Part shown: positions 62,736 to 64,000 of the stretch, piece after piece
Layout: each line of letters starts with the position of its first letter
Numbering within the stretch: position 1 is the stretch's first letter
Origin: Ministeria vibrans ATCC 50519
Taxonomy: Eukaryota > Protista > Filasterea
Assembly (NCBI GenBank): GCA_943704425.1
Contig: CALSCP010001679.1
Coordinates: forward strand, 35,813-99,812
DNA length: 64,000 nt
Direction: 5' to 3'
Position numbers and translations under genes: made by a program
The notes under the pieces: model-generated
Database searches by the model: none
What the model was told of the DNA's origin: nothing
The model's input: the letters and a program-made list of their open reading frames with translations, nothing else

Positions 62736-64000
62736 ATGACAACATCGGCACAGACGCCCGCCATGACGGGCCACAAATACGCAATTGTCATCGGACGAAC
62801 ATTTTTCAACTCGAACACGCTCGAGCTTGATACGCTACCAGGGGTCGGGGCGACGGTGCGCAACATGGCGGTTGNNNNNNNATGACGGGCCACAAATACG
62901 CAATTGTCATCGGACGAACATTTTTCAACTGGAACACGCTCGAGCTTGATACGCTACCAGGGGTCGGGGCGACGGTGCGCAACATGGCGGTTGACCTTGT
63001 GCGCAACGGGTTTAAGACGGTCGTGCTCGCAGACACGCGCATGGCGCTGTCGCAGCGCTCGTTCGACTCGCCGACGCTGGAACAACACTACGTCGACTTT
63101 GCGGTCGATGCGACGCAGACGCAGAAGCTGTCGTGGGTGCAGGCGGACACGACACGCCCACACATCCGCACGGCACTCGTTGGCCTGGCTGCCATGGGCT
63201 CTGGGCACCTGCCGGGTCCGCTCGACGACTTGGTCATTTACATCTGCTCGCACGGCGTCCTCAACGCCAGCGACGGCTCGTACGGCGCAGCACTCGCCGA
63301 CGTGCGCTGCACCAAGCCGAGTGTCACCGATGCGAACGGCGACGTTGTGCACCCCGCCCAGTATGCCGACGCGTACACGATGGAGCAGTTGCGCGACGAC
63401 TTGTGCGTCGAGCAAGAGCAGCGCTGGCGCAACACTCTTGTGGTGCTCGACACGTGCCACTCGGGAGGGGCGTTTGATGCGACGGAGGTGTCGTTGCGCG
63501 ACTGTGGCACGCAGAACACGCACGACATGCAGAGGGTGTTCCAGAAGGAGTCGTACCAGTGCTTGGCGGCGGTGCCCTGTTCTGCGTCGGCGTTTTGTCT
63601 GGAGCGCGGCACGGTGCTGCACATGGCGCTGCGACGAGCATGGCTGTCGCCTGGTGGCGATGGTGGGGCGTTTGCGCGAGCGCGCGAGGGAGCGGCGCGG
63701 TGGGCGACAATTGGACGCGTGGCGGACCGTGTCAATGTGGAACTGACGTCGCTGATGACGGAGATTGTGCAGAAGATGCCGGCGCATCTGAAGGAGCCGG
63801 ACGACGCGTACTTCTTCCGACAGACGTGTCTGTTGGGCCGACTGCCGTGGCGCGTGGCGCACAACACGGGGGAGTTTGTGGTGTTCAACGGGAAGTACAC
63901 GGAGCGCAACAAGCTGGCCATGGTGCCTGGTGTGCCGGCGAGTTTCACGGGACGCGCGAAGGAGTTGAGGCAGTTGGAGGCGCGACTGAAGCAAAGTGGG
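62736..64000 (+). CDS. Caspase-like (peptidase C14) protease followed by the start of a probable STAND/NB-ARC domain; truncated by the window edge and interrupted by an N gap
   Basis: KYAIVIG..LPGV, LVIYICSHG (catalytic His), LVVLDTCHSGG (catalytic Cys), then MVPGVPASFTGRAKELRQLEARL. Reading frame is open from 62882 to the window end. Confidence 0.8.

Noticed and set aside
62763-62993. Internal duplication or frameshift pseudogenisation of the caspase-like gene
   Set aside because: The two ~112-bp copies flank an N gap and differ by one base, typical of unmerged contig ends or haplotypes. The frame is otherwise open.

Overview
This is eukaryotic, not prokaryotic, DNA: a gene-dense stretch with many GT-AG introns full of microsatellites. 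It probably comes from a flagellated protist (ciliary genes CCDC113 and AKAP14-like, animal-type KDM4, kinesin-1, a receptor TKL kinase); a holozoan/amorphean affinity is inferred only. I reconstructed about 23 spliced genes by eye, several of which are absent or fragmented in the ORF track: a myosin first exon, a CISD3-like protein, an AKAP14-like protein, a CxxU selenoprotein and a caspase-like gene. Most genes are housekeeping (DDI1, DPH1, KDM4, ABCF1, CLCN7, kinesin-1, RasGAP, RNF121, rhomboid, GCC2, PRKRIP1, ANGEL). Four things stand out. (1) A tandem pair of RIG-I/Dicer-family helicases carries an N-terminal putative HEPN RNase domain (R-x5-H) and an unknown Cys-containing domain, a candidate single-chain dsRNA sensor-nuclease. 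(2) A Schlafen (AlbA_2) domain is fused to a STAND/NB-ARC NTPase. (3) A caspase-like protease appears fused to a STAND NTPase at the window end. (4) A hidden 82-aa Rdx/SelW-like selenoprotein has an in-frame UGA and a clear type II SECIS. All domain calls come from motif recognition, not database searches. Coordinates for spliced genes give the gene span.
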